From IMG/VR virus record IMGVR_UViG_3300031134_000653: a stretch of DNA of 64,000 bases; one strand, 5' to 3'. Each line of letters begins with the position of its first letter. Positions within the stretch are counted from its first letter, which is position 1. The notes under the pieces are model-generated. The model was not told the origin of the DNA, made no database searches, and worked only from the letters and a program-made list of their open reading frames with translations. The position numbers and the translations under genes are program-made. The DNA comes from an uncultured virus (IMG/VR IMGVR_UViG_3300031134_000653) (lineage: Duplodnaviria; Heunggongvirae; Uroviricota; Caudoviricetes). Shown here one piece after another: positions 1 through 9,648 of the stretch.

Positions 1-180
1 CTATTTGTTCTTCTTAGCAGCTTTCTTGGCTTTCCTGAAAGCTTCTTCGTAGATGCTGTAATCGACAAGTCGATGTTCAGCTCCCTTGCGGCTCTTTCCT
101 TGGACTACCTTAGCTGCATCTTCTCTTCCTTTGAGAATCAACCGCCTGATTTCTGCATAGCGTTTTGTTTTTCTGCTCAT
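1..180 (-). CDS. small basic hypothetical protein (59 aa)
   Basis: Hand-translated MSRKTKRYAEIRR...KKAAKKNK*, below the ORF-track cutoff; AAGGA-type SD upstream. Confidence 0.65.
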   Translation of the reverse strand: MSRKTKRYAEIRRLILKGREDAAKVVQGKSRKGAEHRLVDYSIYEEAFRKAKKAAKKNK

Positions 181-339
181 CGTTATTCCTTCTTTTCCTT
201 ATCTCTATCTTACCACTTTAAAAGCCATAAAAGAAGTGGCATAACGTCCACTTTGGGAATGTTTTGACCCCCCATAATGGTTACATTTAGAGAAGATAAG
301 TTGGCTACAAATTGTACTCAACGGACATGGACAGGACAC

Positions 340-828
340 ATGCAAACCTTTTTACCTTACGCAGATTTCGAAGCATCAGTTCAAGCTCTTGATTACAAAA
401 GGTTAGGAAAACAGAGAGTAGAGACATATCAAATTCTCAAAGCTCTTCTTGGTTCACAAGGCGGTCTACATGGCGGATGGGCTCGTCACCCAGCTTCTCG
501 TATGTGGGAAGGCTATGAGTTAGCCCTTCTCAAATACCAAGAAGAAACTATCAAAGAATGGGTAGGTGTTCGAGGCTATAAAGATACCTGTTGGGAAAAA
601 TCTTGTGCACTGTTCACCCCAGAGCAGCTGGAAGACTACGCTGCAGGAAACTATGAAATGCCAGAATGGTTTGGTAACGAAGACTTCCATAACGCACACA
701 TCTCGAATCTGCTAAGAAAAGACTCTGAGTTTTATGCCTTAGCTTTAGGTCGCCCTGTTCCTGACAACTTAGAATATATTTGGCCAGGTAAAACATTGGA
801 AGAAGCAAAAATAGCTCAAAACGTTTGA
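340..828 (+). CDS. pyrimidine dimer DNA glycosylase/endonuclease V-like protein (MSMEG_6728 family)
   Basis: MQTFLPY..F..S...LD.KRLGKQRVE..QIL, GW..HPA..MW.GYE, PEW.G...FH.AH.SNLLRKD, Y.WP motifs; start reassigned to MQTF. Confidence 0.9.
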   Translation: MQTFLPYADFEASVQALDYKRLGKQRVETYQILKALLGSQGGLHGGWARHPASRMWEGYELALLKYQEETIKEWVGVRGYKDTCWEKSCALFTPEQLEDYAAGNYEMPEWFGNEDFHNAHISNLLRKDSEFYALALGRPVPDNLEYIWPGKTLEEAKIAQNV

Positions 829-903
829 AGCTAAGGTTGCTTTTACCATTCTCTTCAGATAGCATATAACCAATAGCAGTCTTGGTTATCAACTTGGAGA
901 GAA

Positions 904-1473
904 ATGCCTGTCGCCACCACACGTGGATATCGTGTTGCCATCAGCTGGGATGAGTTTGACCATGACTTCATCTATCGTTACAGTGAGTGGTATGACATGG
1001 GTCACGGTATCAACAACCGAGACACAGCAATTGCTTCTGCTGAGAAGAACTACGGAGCAGAATCTCGCAACAGTGCGGTCTCTTACAAAATTGAAGAGAA
1101 GACCACTGTCACCACTACTAATGTCGACATCAGTGAAGATGAAGTGGTGACAGAAACTACCACTGTCGTTGTCCGTACTGAAGTTTTTTGCACTCGCTAC
1201 CGTAAGCTTGCTGAGTACACTCAGAGTGTGCTGGTTCCACGTCGTGCAGCCGAGCAGCGTCGAGTTGATTCAGGTGAAGCAGCTTTGGAAGAAGCCTACC
1301 TTCAAGAAATCGAAGACAACACGAAACGTCACAGCAATAACGAAGCTTTGGTCTACACTGCAACAATTGCATACTTCAGCTTCAAAGACATGGAAATTCC
1401 TACCTACATGGTTCCTTCCGTAGCAACACCTAAGCCGAAGAATCTCATCAAGAAGGTACTTCGACTCAAATGA
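904..1473 (+). CDS. hypothetical protein
   Basis: 189 aa ORF with GGAG SD, followed by a terminator. Confidence 0.7.
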   Translation: MPVATTRGYRVAISWDEFDHDFIYRYSEWYDMGHGINNRDTAIASAEKNYGAESRNSAVSYKIEEKTTVTTTNVDISEDEVVTETTTVVVRTEVFCTRYRKLAEYTQSVLVPRRAAEQRRVDSGEAALEEAYLQEIEDNTKRHSNNEALVYTATIAYFSFKDMEIPTYMVPSVATPKPKNLIKKVLRLK

Positions 1474-1476
1474 AAA

Positions 1477-1526
1477 TTAAGTAGCAAATCCCTCCACACC
1501 AGAATGTGGAGGGATTTGCTACTTAA
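1477..1526. terminator. bidirectional hairpin terminator
   Basis: 22-bp perfect stem TTAAGTAGCAAATCCCTCCACA / TGTGGAGGGATTTGCTACTTAA between convergent genes. Confidence 0.85.
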
Positions 1527-1543
1527 CGCGAGCTTAGCTGGCT

Positions 1544-1852
1544 TTAGTTGTTTGCCTGCTTAGTAAGTTCAGCTGCTTTAGCCTGAAGAACAGCTGCCTG
1601 AGCCAACAATTCAGCACGAAGCTGCTCAGCAGCTGACTGCCCTGTCTCAAACTGCTCAACCTCATCAAGAGTTTTCGCTACATCAGAGTAATTGTCGCCA
1701 CCCTGCATGAAAGAGTCACTGTCTCTGACATCTACCTGAAGAAGAGCACTGATTCGCTCATCAATCAGATAATGGTCGCCCACTTTGTCCAGTTTGCCAT
1801 CAATATACAGTGCCGACCAATCGCTTGATCCTGAATAACGTACAAGTTCCAT
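1544..1852 (-). CDS. hypothetical protein with C-terminal coiled coil
   Basis: ORF MELVRYSG...; AAGG upstream. Confidence 0.7.
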   Translation of the reverse strand: MELVRYSGSSDWSALYIDGKLDKVGDHYLIDERISALLQVDVRDSDSFMQGGDNYSDVAKTLDEVEQFETGQSAAEQLRAELLAQAAVLQAKAAELTKQANN

Positions 1853-2000
1853 AACATCAACCTTTTCTCTCAACGCTTCTTCAAAATAGAAGAATTAACC
1901 TTATCATTGTACCAGGAAAACAAAGATGCGTCCACCCTAAAAAGCGGATTAGGATAGTGATGAGTTTTGCTTTATACTCTAAGTAAAGAAAGGTTGAACT

Positions 2001-2225
2001 ATGATTTTCGCTGTATGGTCTGAAGGTTATAACGCAACGGGTGAGAACTCGCCAGCTGTTCTTTTAGGGACGGCAGACACTATTGATTTCGATTCTGCTG
2101 TTTGTGCCGTTCAATCTCGGTCTGACTCTCCTCAGCTGTACCGCCAGCATGATGATGGTCATTGGACCTACTGGGGTTGCCGGCTGTTCGATAATCGCAC
2201 AAAAGCTGCAATCTCATTCGGTTGA
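2001..2225 (+). CDS. small phage-type hypothetical protein
   Basis: GAAAGG SD; WSEGY.ATG ... YWGCRLFD..A..SFG. Confidence 0.75.
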   Translation: MIFAVWSEGYNATGENSPAVLLGTADTIDFDSAVCAVQSRSDSPQLYRQHDDGHWTYWGCRLFDNRTKAAISFG

Positions 2226-2235
2226 GACTTACAAG

Positions 2236-3051
2236 CTACTTTGCAAGCATCTTCGCTGGTATTGTGTTGTTCGGCCAGCGTACATAAAAACCAGTCTGGG
2301 ATAGGAACTGTCTGGCTGGTTCATTGAACTTTGCTTCCCATTCAGAGTTGGTAGGAAAACGCTCTTTAGTCAACCAGTCAACAGACAAAGCCGACCTGTA
2401 GCAGTAGTTGTACTCATACCCTGTATCCAAGTAAAACTTCACCAACCTGTTTCGATGAGATAACGCATTTGCATGTTTCGCTTCAGCACGGTCTGAATTC
2501 TCTGGAATGGTTCCATCTCCTACGTTGGTAGGTACTCCAGATAAGAATTTGCCGTTCTCATCTGCATGCTTCATCAGGATACTCCGCAAATGACGGCCAA
2601 TTCCGTAACTTCTCAAATCAGCATCGACTTTGATGTCTACAGTGACTGAAGTGTATCCATTCAGAGTGTCTTCATACAATTGATAACGCAAGCCTTCAGG
2701 GTATGTTGCATAAGCGTAGGCTTCTATGTCCTCAACGCTATCAAAAGAAGGTATGACAGTTTTGTCTACCGCTTGTACTTGCTCGACTAAATCTGGGCGA
2801 GTCAAAGGAACATGGACAAGAACTCTTCCGCCGGTGACAGCATCTTTCAACCTCAAAGCCGCGAAACCATCCTGCTCCATGAGCATGACAGCTTCAGGGT
2901 TACTCATTTCTTTGACTTTTAGGTAAGTGCTGATGTCTTGATCTTTCAGGGCTTTATCCATCGCATGTTTGATAGATAATCCTTCAGGGCAGCGAGGATC
3001 GCCGCATCCACCCATCTGATGCTTTTTGGATCGGCATTTCTGTATTCCCAT
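2236..3051 (-). CDS. Cys-tag protein with C-terminal GNAT-like acetyltransferase domain
   Basis: N-term KCRS...GCGDPRCPEG; C-term V..DLRSYGIGRHL (acetyl-CoA motif A) and RLVKFY...GY. Confidence 0.6.
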   Translation of the reverse strand: MGIQKCRSKKHQMGGCGDPRCPEGLSIKHAMDKALKDQDISTYLKVKEMSNPEAVMLMEQDGFAALRLKDAVTGGRVLVHVPLTRPDLVEQVQAVDKTVIPSFDSVEDIEAYAYATYPEGLRYQLYEDTLNGYTSVTVDIKVDADLRSYGIGRHLRSILMKHADENGKFLSGVPTNVGDGTIPENSDRAEAKHANALSHRNRLVKFYLDTGYEYNYCYRSALSVDWLTKERFPTNSEWEAKFNEPARQFLSQTGFYVRWPNNTIPAKMLAK

Positions 3052-3122
3052 ACAATGTATCTAACAGATCAAGGACGGAGAGGAGAAGCTACTTCGAAAC
3101 AAGCTTTTCCTCCCCGTGGGGT

Positions 3123-3437
3123 TTACCTCGAAATGGTCTGCAGCATCCGGGCGACATCCTTCTGCCGACCCATGATTTCATGAGCTGAGTGTGCTACAGC
3201 CTGGCGGTTGTTCACCTGGATGGTTCCCATGTTGGTAACCATATCAACTGAGTAATGGACATCCACGTAGCACTTGTTATCAGGACCAATCTCGTCTGCA
3301 ACAGGTACGAAGCTGGGGTCAATAATGACCTGAATCAAGCCAAGCGGGATGTTGGGCGTAGTCCAATCAGAGTGGCGGAGCTCGCAAGAAAGAGTGACTG
3401 CATCGCCATCAGGGTAAGAGTAGGTGTTCTTGTACAT
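3123..3437 (-). CDS. hypothetical protein
   Basis: AGGAG SD upstream; 104 aa. Confidence 0.65.
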   Translation of the reverse strand: MYKNTYSYPDGDAVTLSCELRHSDWTTPNIPLGLIQVIIDPSFVPVADEIGPDNKCYVDVHYSVDMVTNMGTIQVNNRQAVAHSAHEIMGRQKDVARMLQTISR

Positions 3438-3600
3438 TATTTCTCCTGGCGTCCATCGATATTAGGGCTAATGAGGATCAACCTACCAAGGTTAGTAGTT
3501 CGATGCAAGTCTTTAGTCATAATCAGTTTCTCAGTTTTTATGAGTAACCCCGCTAAGTCATAAAAACAAGCAAGTTGATTCTGACTTAGCGGGATCAGAG

Positions 3601-3629
3601 TTGACAACCAGATTTTGGAGGAGTATAGT
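3601..3629 (+). promoter_or_regulatory. sigma70/SigA-type promoter
   Basis: TTGACA-17 nt-TATAGT. Confidence 0.8.
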
Positions 3630-3648
3630 CTCACTTGTAAGAAACCAA

Positions 3649-3683
3649 CGGGGTTACTTGAACGCCCGACAAAACAACAAGAA
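3649..3683 (+). ncRNA. 5' UTR hairpin element, copy 1 (GTTACTTGAAC motif)
   Basis: CGGG-GTT-ACTTG-AAC-G-CCCG then AAAACAACAAGAA; repeated at 31308 and 31713. Confidence 0.7.
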
Positions 3684-3694
3684 ATGAAAATCTA

Positions 3695-4153
3695 ATGGCT
3701 ATTCGCAATGACCAGATTCGCCCCGCTCTCACCTCGGCAATGGATGCACTTCCTATCCATTCGTACGGTGAAAGGGGACTCGGTAACTATCGCATCTTCC
3801 TCGAAGGACTTGTTCCTTATCCCTTTGGTCTTGCCACTCGCAAGATGAAGAACGGTCGCATGAAGCTGACTCTTTCGGCTGATGCCTACTACGGACTCTA
3901 CGGTACGAACCTTTTCGAGGGGATTCCTACGGTTGAACTCACTGCAGGTCAGTTCATGGACCCTGAGACGCTGGGTGAAGCTATCCTGGCTCTTATCGAG
4001 CAGGAGAAGGCGATGTTCATCCCTCGGATTGCTCCTGTAAACGCTGCAGACCTTGTTTACACCGATTTGGTTCTCGACTACGTTTACCTCAACGGTTACA
4101 GCGGCACAGAGAAGAACCAGGAATACCTCCGCTCGTTTGGTATGACTGTCTAA
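3695..4153 (+). CDS. hypothetical protein (candidate early gene)
   Basis: 152 aa behind a consensus promoter and the hairpin UTR. Confidence 0.8.
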   Translation: MAIRNDQIRPALTSAMDALPIHSYGERGLGNYRIFLEGLVPYPFGLATRKMKNGRMKLTLSADAYYGLYGTNLFEGIPTVELTAGQFMDPETLGEAILALIEQEKAMFIPRIAPVNAADLVYTDLVLDYVYLNGYSGTEKNQEYLRSFGMTV

Positions 4154-4158
4154 CCACT

Positions 4159-4198
4159 AAAGCCTGAAGCCCCACTGTTATGTGGGGCTTCAGGCTTT
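4159..4198. terminator. hairpin terminator
   Basis: AAAGCCTGAAGCCCCAC / GTGGGGCTTCAGGCTTT. Confidence 0.8.
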
Positions 4199-4252
4199 TA
4201 ATGATGAAGTAGGTTGAGTCCAACAGGATGTTGTTCTGTTGGACCCAACCTA

Positions 4253-4984
4253 CTAGGAGAGCTTGTATGAACGAGGAACGGCAACATTCCAACCGCTGGC
4301 AACTTCAACATAACCAGCAGCATTCAAAAGCTTGGTCATCCCAGGGATATGTCCAGCTCCCCACACAAGAGTGACTGGCTTGGTCTCCTTCAAAGCTGCC
4401 TCGATGGCAATCTCGTTCCGGTAATCAAGAATCGCCGGGTCCGTATTCAGAGCAGCAGGACTGAAAGTTTTGAAGAACTTCTGAATGATTTGAACCCAAC
4501 CCATGTTCTTAATAACCCAGACCATGACCTTGCCTACTTCAGATTCAGACTCTTTCAACTCTTCAAACTTGTCAACTGCTTCCGACATGTTCTTCAAAGA
4601 CTCGTTGGTCATTCGCCTGGCAACAGAAAGAACATCCGCGTCGATGTTTTTAGCATTCAGACCTTCGATTTTCAAGCCGGCTTTCTGGAAAGTCAACTTG
4701 GTAACTTCAGCCATCTTCAGAGAAATTGAAGCCATGCTTTTCAGACTGTCAACCTTCTGGCTTTCCTCCTCTGACAAAGGACCAACAAATCCTTTGACTC
4801 CTTCGAGGTGGAGGATTCCTTCTTTCGAAGCTTGGTTCATGAAATCTTGCAAGTTTGCCCAGAAGCTGTCATGAGCAAGGTGCATGACACCAGCAATATT
4901 GATGACATGCTGAGTGGCAGGGTTCTGGAACCGTACTGTCTTCACTTCCAGACCTGCGAAGGTGGAACGAACAGATGAAGGCAT
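4253..4984 (-). CDS. TraB/GumN-like metal-dependent protein
   Basis: GVMHLA, LEGV, RNEIA and WGAGHIPG motifs. Confidence 0.6.
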   Translation of the reverse strand: MPSSVRSTFAGLEVKTVRFQNPATQHVINIAGVMHLAHDSFWANLQDFMNQASKEGILHLEGVKGFVGPLSEEESQKVDSLKSMASISLKMAEVTKLTFQKAGLKIEGLNAKNIDADVLSVARRMTNESLKNMSEAVDKFEELKESESEVGKVMVWVIKNMGWVQIIQKFFKTFSPAALNTDPAILDYRNEIAIEAALKETKPVTLVWGAGHIPGMTKLLNAAGYVEVASGWNVAVPRSYKLS

Positions 4985-5080
4985 TGATGACCTAACTTTT
5001 AGAGTAGTGATGTTGAGAACATTCTACCAACAAATAAGGGGTACGTCAAACCTGGTTCGACGTACCCCTTGCCTCATTTG

Positions 5081-5521
5081 TTAGTAAATTCTAATCGATA
5101 CACCACTCATGAGGTCTTGGCCAGTGTATTTTTCAGGACACTCTGCTTTGGATTCGAGGAAGAAATCACCAAATCTTCCTTGGTCTGAACTGTCACGTTC
5201 ACGGAAATAAAAGTCATCACTGGATCGGAACTTCACCTCAGTGCCTTCAAGTAGTTCAAGGTCTTCCAAAAGCCAATCATCATTACATCCATCCGCATAG
5301 GAGTAGGTATCGACAAGCCATTTCTTCAGATAAGCCAGAGCTGTTTGCTCATCCGATGTCCCTTCGACATACCAAAAACCGCCATCTTCACCAAACTCCT
5401 CGGCAGTAAGTTTAGGAGTTGGTTCGCCTTTAGCAACATGTTGTAAAGCTACAATGTAAGATTCGCCAGTTTCAGCTACCCGAGCACGAACAGTTTTCTT
5501 CAGGGAGTTGTTCTTCGTCAT
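5081..5521 (-). CDS. protein with N-terminal K..VRAR.A.TGE.Y helix, RNA-leader-associated (A)
   Basis: MTKNNSLKKTVRARVAETGESYIVA; homologous N-terminus in the 32448 gene. Confidence 0.75.
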   Translation of the reverse strand: MTKNNSLKKTVRARVAETGESYIVALQHVAKGEPTPKLTAEEFGEDGGFWYVEGTSDEQTALAYLKKWLVDTYSYADGCNDDWLLEDLELLEGTEVKFRSSDDFYFRERDSSDQGRFGDFFLESKAECPEKYTGQDLMSGVSIRIY

Positions 5522-5675
5522 AGTTTTCTCATTCAATCCTGCAAACACCCCACGCCTGCTCACATATGTCTATGAGTAAACGGAAAGAACAGGATTCACA
5601 GGGAACCTTCCTTCTCATTAACGTCAGCCACGTGGGAGCTTTGACGTTTCAAAGATGGGCTGCTGTTACAGCCAT
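5522..5675 (-). ncRNA. pseudoknotted leader RNA, copy A
   Basis: Shares GGC..ACAGC.GCCC.TCT, AAGGTT..AATCCTGT and GAGC blocks with 32311-32447; loop CCCACG is complementary to downstream CGTGGG; extended -10 TGG-TAATAT at 5682-5690. Confidence 0.7.
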
Positions 5676-5717
5676 GAGAAAATATTACCATGAGGTGGAA
5701 CAACGGGTGAGAAAACG

Positions 5718-6155
5718 TTACCTGTTTAGCTTGAGATGGAATGCGGATGCTGGGAGAAATTTTTTCAGGTCTTCTCTCGCGTAGAGGTTGTTGTTGTATC
5801 TCCATGTGTCTAAAGTTTCATGAACTGCGAGCTGCCAATTTCCTTGAACGTCTTGCCACATGTAGTGTTCATCTACTGCTATGTTTTTGCCGGTCTGAAT
5901 GATTTCAATTTTCCAATCATCATGTTCGTACAGTGTAACTCGGGACCCGTCTTCAAGCTTGAGGTCCAACACCGGACCAAAGTTGTTGGTGGTGTAGACC
6001 CTTGAAACAGTTCCTGTAAGTTCAGGGATTCGGTCGTCTTCTTCATCCCAGGGTAAATCAATATCAGGTAGGTAGAGGTCTTTGTTGTATTCAGGATCGA
6101 ACATGCGAACATTATCGTTTTCCCGAAGGGCAGAGAAATAGTGGTGAATAGTCAT
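5718..6155 (-). CDS. hypothetical protein
   Basis: GGAG SD before MTIH. Confidence 0.7.
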   Translation of the reverse strand: MTIHHYFSALRENDNVRMFDPEYNKDLYLPDIDLPWDEEDDRIPELTGTVSRVYTTNNFGPVLDLKLEDGSRVTLYEHDDWKIEIIQTGKNIAVDEHYMWQDVQGNWQLAVHETLDTWRYNNNLYAREDLKKFLPASAFHLKLNR

Positions 6156-6344
6156 AGTAAAAGCTCCAATTAGTAGATGATGAGGAAAGTAGGTATACAC
6201 ATCTCATCTTTGGAGGAGCTCTGGAACTGATCTACAAGAAAATATTCATGTATAGACCGTACCATAAAAATAGCTTCAAAGTCAAACAAAGCGAATTGAT
6301 CTGATGCTTGATGGCACCTGGCTTGCAACTGTTAGAAATCTGAC

Positions 6345-7109
6345 ATGATGAAAAGTTTTTTCAAGAGTAGAGCCATCCGATCAGAAATACGCAAATGTCG
6401 TTCAGTTGATCCTTCACAGTGTCGCTACCATAGTCTTTACACCGGTTTGGCTGCTGCAGTGGAAGAAAAAGATATGAGCCGCTACTTAGACCTGAAAACA
6501 GCAATCTCAGAAGCGAATCGTGAAGCAGAACTGAAAGGGTTTATTGACGAATCCAACATCAATTCAGAACCCGAATTGACAGTAGATAAAAATGAAGAAG
6601 CTGAAAAATCGCTTACAATTGGTGACTTCTTGACTGATGACAAGGGAATCATCCAGGTGTACAGCAAAGACACTATAAGTTTTGAAAAAGATTACAGTGC
6701 TATGTATACCTTTGGAGAGTTTACTGACCTGGAAACAGCTAAACAACTTCATCAAGATGACCCCTACAAGAAACTCCAAAATGGTGACTGTGCTGACTTA
6801 GCTCATGAGTTGTACAATAACAACCCCTATGTTGTGAACATCTCAGAAGTCAATATTGGAGAAAGAATGCCAGGTATGGAAGAAGATGAATCCATTCATG
6901 TTATTGCTCTACTCAAAGACGGTAACTATGTGGACAGCCTTGGAATCTGGAGCAAAGAAACGATGGAAGCCGCTTGGAAGCAAATCGACCCTACCTCCCG
7001 TGTTACAGATTTCCCTTCCTTTGAAAAGAAAAAACCTTCACCAAACAACCTCCATCCTATCAACAACACAATTCGTAGGATGACGGATGCTTATTTCGAG
7101 AACAAGTAA
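6345..7109 (+). CDS. Cys/His-tag protein with C-terminal papain/transglutaminase-like (C-H-D) domain
   Basis: RKCRSVDPSQCRYH tag; NGDCADLA..L, IHVIA, YVDSLG give a putative triad. Confidence 0.55.
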   Translation: MMKSFFKSRAIRSEIRKCRSVDPSQCRYHSLYTGLAAAVEEKDMSRYLDLKTAISEANREAELKGFIDESNINSEPELTVDKNEEAEKSLTIGDFLTDDKGIIQVYSKDTISFEKDYSAMYTFGEFTDLETAKQLHQDDPYKKLQNGDCADLAHELYNNNPYVVNISEVNIGERMPGMEEDESIHVIALLKDGNYVDSLGIWSKETMEAAWKQIDPTSRVTDFPSFEKKKPSPNNLHPINNTIRRMTDAYFENK

Positions 7110-7189
7110 TAAGTTCACCAGCGATGCACGTAACTAGAACAAATAGGTAATACCCAAGCTGTACATATAACTTGGGCATTATCTATTTG

Positions 7190-7375
7190 TCATTTATTGT
7201 ATAGTCTCTGTTCTCTTCGAGCTTTCATTCGAAGAAGAATCAGTCCTTGCGGAGGAGCAATGAACTTATGGCTTACACCAAGTTCACTTACCCACAGTCC
7301 GCTGGCTCCATGTGACCAGCTTTCACCACACACAGCACATGAGTTAGGGTCAGGGATAACGATGTCCTTCGACAT
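7190..7375 (-). CDS. small Cys/His protein
   Basis: PNSCAVCG...H...W.....H.F..P...L.L.RMKARR; GAAAG SD. Confidence 0.65.
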   Translation of the reverse strand: MSKDIVIPDPNSCAVCGESWSHGASGLWVSELGVSHKFIAPPQGLILLRMKARREQRLYNK

Positions 7376-7569
7376 GTTTTCATCTTTCCGCACCAGTCAA
7401 CAGTTTAGGATTAACCAATTCAATCCTACGTGACAAAAGATAATTTACCACAGAGTTGTAGCAGTAGTCAACAAATATCTAGGGTTTTCGTCAAAATGAC
7501 TAAAAATGAACCGATACTTAGAAATGAGTTACAATTAGACTATCAACAAACGATGAAAGGAACACTATC

Positions 7570-8574
7570 ATGGGATACGGAACCTACTCAACAAGAGCTT
7601 ACGCAGCCACAACAGGAGCAAAGATTGCTTCTGGTTCAACCTTCGGATACGACCGCACAGCTCGTTCAACCGGACGCTACGAAGCCCACGATTCACTTGA
7701 CCCTAAGAAACTGAACGCTGAAGGCAAGAACCTCCGCGAATCTCGTGATGGTGCAGACCACCCTAATGCTGTACCTATCGTAGTCGGATTCGACAGCACA
7801 GGCTCAATGGCTAACACTCCCCGAATCGTGCAGGAGAAACTTGCCAACCTGTTCGGTCTTCTCCTCCGTAAAGGCTACGTAGAAGACCCACAGATTTCCA
7901 TTGCCACATACGGTGATGCATACTGTGACCGTGTGCCACTCCAGATTTCACAGTTCGAGTCAGACAACAAGATTGACGACAACCTCGACAACCTTCTTCT
8001 CGAAGGTGGCGGTGGTGGAAACGGTGGCGAGACCGCAACCCTTCTCTGGTACTACCTCAACAACCATGTGGCTACTGACGCTTGGGACAAGCGTGGCAAG
8101 AAAGGCTACCTGTTCTTGATTGCTGACGAAGTTGCCCTGGATTTGCGTCCTGACCAGATTACCAAATTCGTTGGTGCCACAGAAGCCCCTGCAGCTTCTG
8201 AACTGACAGCTGAGAAGCTTGCTTCGAAGTTGCAGGAGAAGTGGGAAGTGTTTGTTCTCCTCCTCGACAACCTTAGTGCTCACAGCCAGGGTTCGAAGAA
8301 GTTCTACGAGAACCTCTTCGGAGCCAAGAACCTCATCATCCTTGAAAACGATGAAACAGTCAGTGAGACCATCGGTGCTGTTCTGGGTCGCATGGAGAAT
8401 GATGACTTGGATGATGACGAACTCATCGATGACCTTGTTTCTGAGGGTGCTACTAAAGCTATTGCAGAGAAGACTGCAACTGCTGTCGCTCGTCTTGGTA
8501 ACGCTCCTCGCGGGTCTGTTGCGAAGACTAACGTTCGCGTAGACACTTCCGACACAGGTGTTGAGTTCCTGTAA
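7570..8574 (+). CDS. vWA-domain protein
   Basis: MIDAS motif DSTGSM, GDA..D..PLQ..QFE, EGGGGGN.GE, KKGYLF.I.DE. Confidence 0.85.
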   Translation: MGYGTYSTRAYAATTGAKIASGSTFGYDRTARSTGRYEAHDSLDPKKLNAEGKNLRESRDGADHPNAVPIVVGFDSTGSMANTPRIVQEKLANLFGLLLRKGYVEDPQISIATYGDAYCDRVPLQISQFESDNKIDDNLDNLLLEGGGGGNGGETATLLWYYLNNHVATDAWDKRGKKGYLFLIADEVALDLRPDQITKFVGATEAPAASELTAEKLASKLQEKWEVFVLLLDNLSAHSQGSKKFYENLFGAKNLIILENDETVSETIGAVLGRMENDDLDDDELIDDLVSEGATKAIAEKTATAVARLGNAPRGSVAKTNVRVDTSDTGVEFL

Positions 8575-8584
8575 GAATTCATGA

Positions 8585-8625
8585 AAGAGGGGACTAATCA
8601 TTTCAATATGGTTAGTCCCCTCTTT
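8585..8625 (+). terminator. intrinsic terminator
   Basis: GAGGGGACTAATCA / TGGTTAGTCCCCTC followed by a T-run. Confidence 0.8.
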
Positions 8626-8704
8626 TTCGTTGATTGTTTGTCCGATACAGACTGAACTATTACCCAACCTTGCGCGATATAGCTATCTCAGTTATACTAC
8701 AATT

Positions 8705-9550
8705 ATGACAATGTACTCTGCATACCTGGAAGAAGACCAAGCTTTTGTTCAGCTGTCTTCTCAGCAGATCAATCAAACTGTTCAAGACAGAGGAATTCTT
8801 TTACTGAAAGAAATTTTGGCTCTTTTCCCACAACAGGATGTTAACTTAACTCCGAATGCACAGGGACAAGCCAGAGAAGCACTCTTGAAAGTGCTAACCC
8901 GCAAACCAACACGACCTGAGAAAAACAACCAGCTTGTTGTTGAACATCTGTACTCCTACAATGCTGACTTTGATAATTTCACTGCCTCTTTCTTCTACGC
9001 ATACAGACAAGGTGTACTATATTTCAAGTATTCAGTTGATGGAAAAGCTGGACCGAGCAGAATTTTGTCGGAAGACCTTCTCAGCTTAGGTCATTGGCAG
9101 TCATACAAAAATGGTGAGATTACCATTCACCCGTCACCTCTGTCAGAGAATAAAACCAATCTTCAGTTGCTACCAATTCCTGATGTTGTTCTGCCTTCGA
9201 AAAGCAAGACGCAGGTAGAAGTAGAAATGCTTCTTGATGGCTTGTATGCACAAGAGAGAAAGCTCAGGACCGGAACTCTGTCAATCGAACAGGAGCATGT
9301 CCTTGATTCAACTATGGCTTCATGTCAGCAGATTGAAACTCTTATCTCAGGCAGTCGAGATTTTGCTACTAAAGACCAACAAGAAAAAGTCTACTCAAAC
9401 GCCATTCCAGCTTTGGACATGTTAGCGGTGCAACTGGATGCTGTCCGGCAAGAGCTGAATGCGAACGTGCTGCGTGAACTCACTATCATGCAGAGCTACT
9501 TGGTGTCCAAGCACAGCAATCTGACCCTGCCGGATAGTTCTGATGAATAG
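8705..9550 (+). CDS. hypothetical protein with helical C-terminus, paralog of 9649
   Basis: Shares KLR...LS.EQ...L......C ... EL...VLRE......YL with the next gene; leaderless TATACT-6-ATG. Confidence 0.7.
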   Translation: MTMYSAYLEEDQAFVQLSSQQINQTVQDRGILLLKEILALFPQQDVNLTPNAQGQAREALLKVLTRKPTRPEKNNQLVVEHLYSYNADFDNFTASFFYAYRQGVLYFKYSVDGKAGPSRILSEDLLSLGHWQSYKNGEITIHPSPLSENKTNLQLLPIPDVVLPSKSKTQVEVEMLLDGLYAQERKLRTGTLSIEQEHVLDSTMASCQQIETLISGSRDFATKDQQEKVYSNAIPALDMLAVQLDAVRQELNANVLRELTIMQSYLVSKHSNLTLPDSSDE

Positions 9551-9648
9551 GTTCTTCCAAATAAGATAAACAGGCGATGCTCCGCTTCTGCATGATAAAG
9601 TGGAGCATCGCCTGTTTTCAGTTTGATTGAATGAGAAAGTTTATATAG

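Noticed and set aside
7960..8667. Long antisense ORFs (for example 7960-8667, 27180-27719, 38391-38894, 46981-47523, 50615-51181, 63572-63928)
   Set aside because: They are shadow frames opposite better-supported genes, with no recognisable motifs or start signals.
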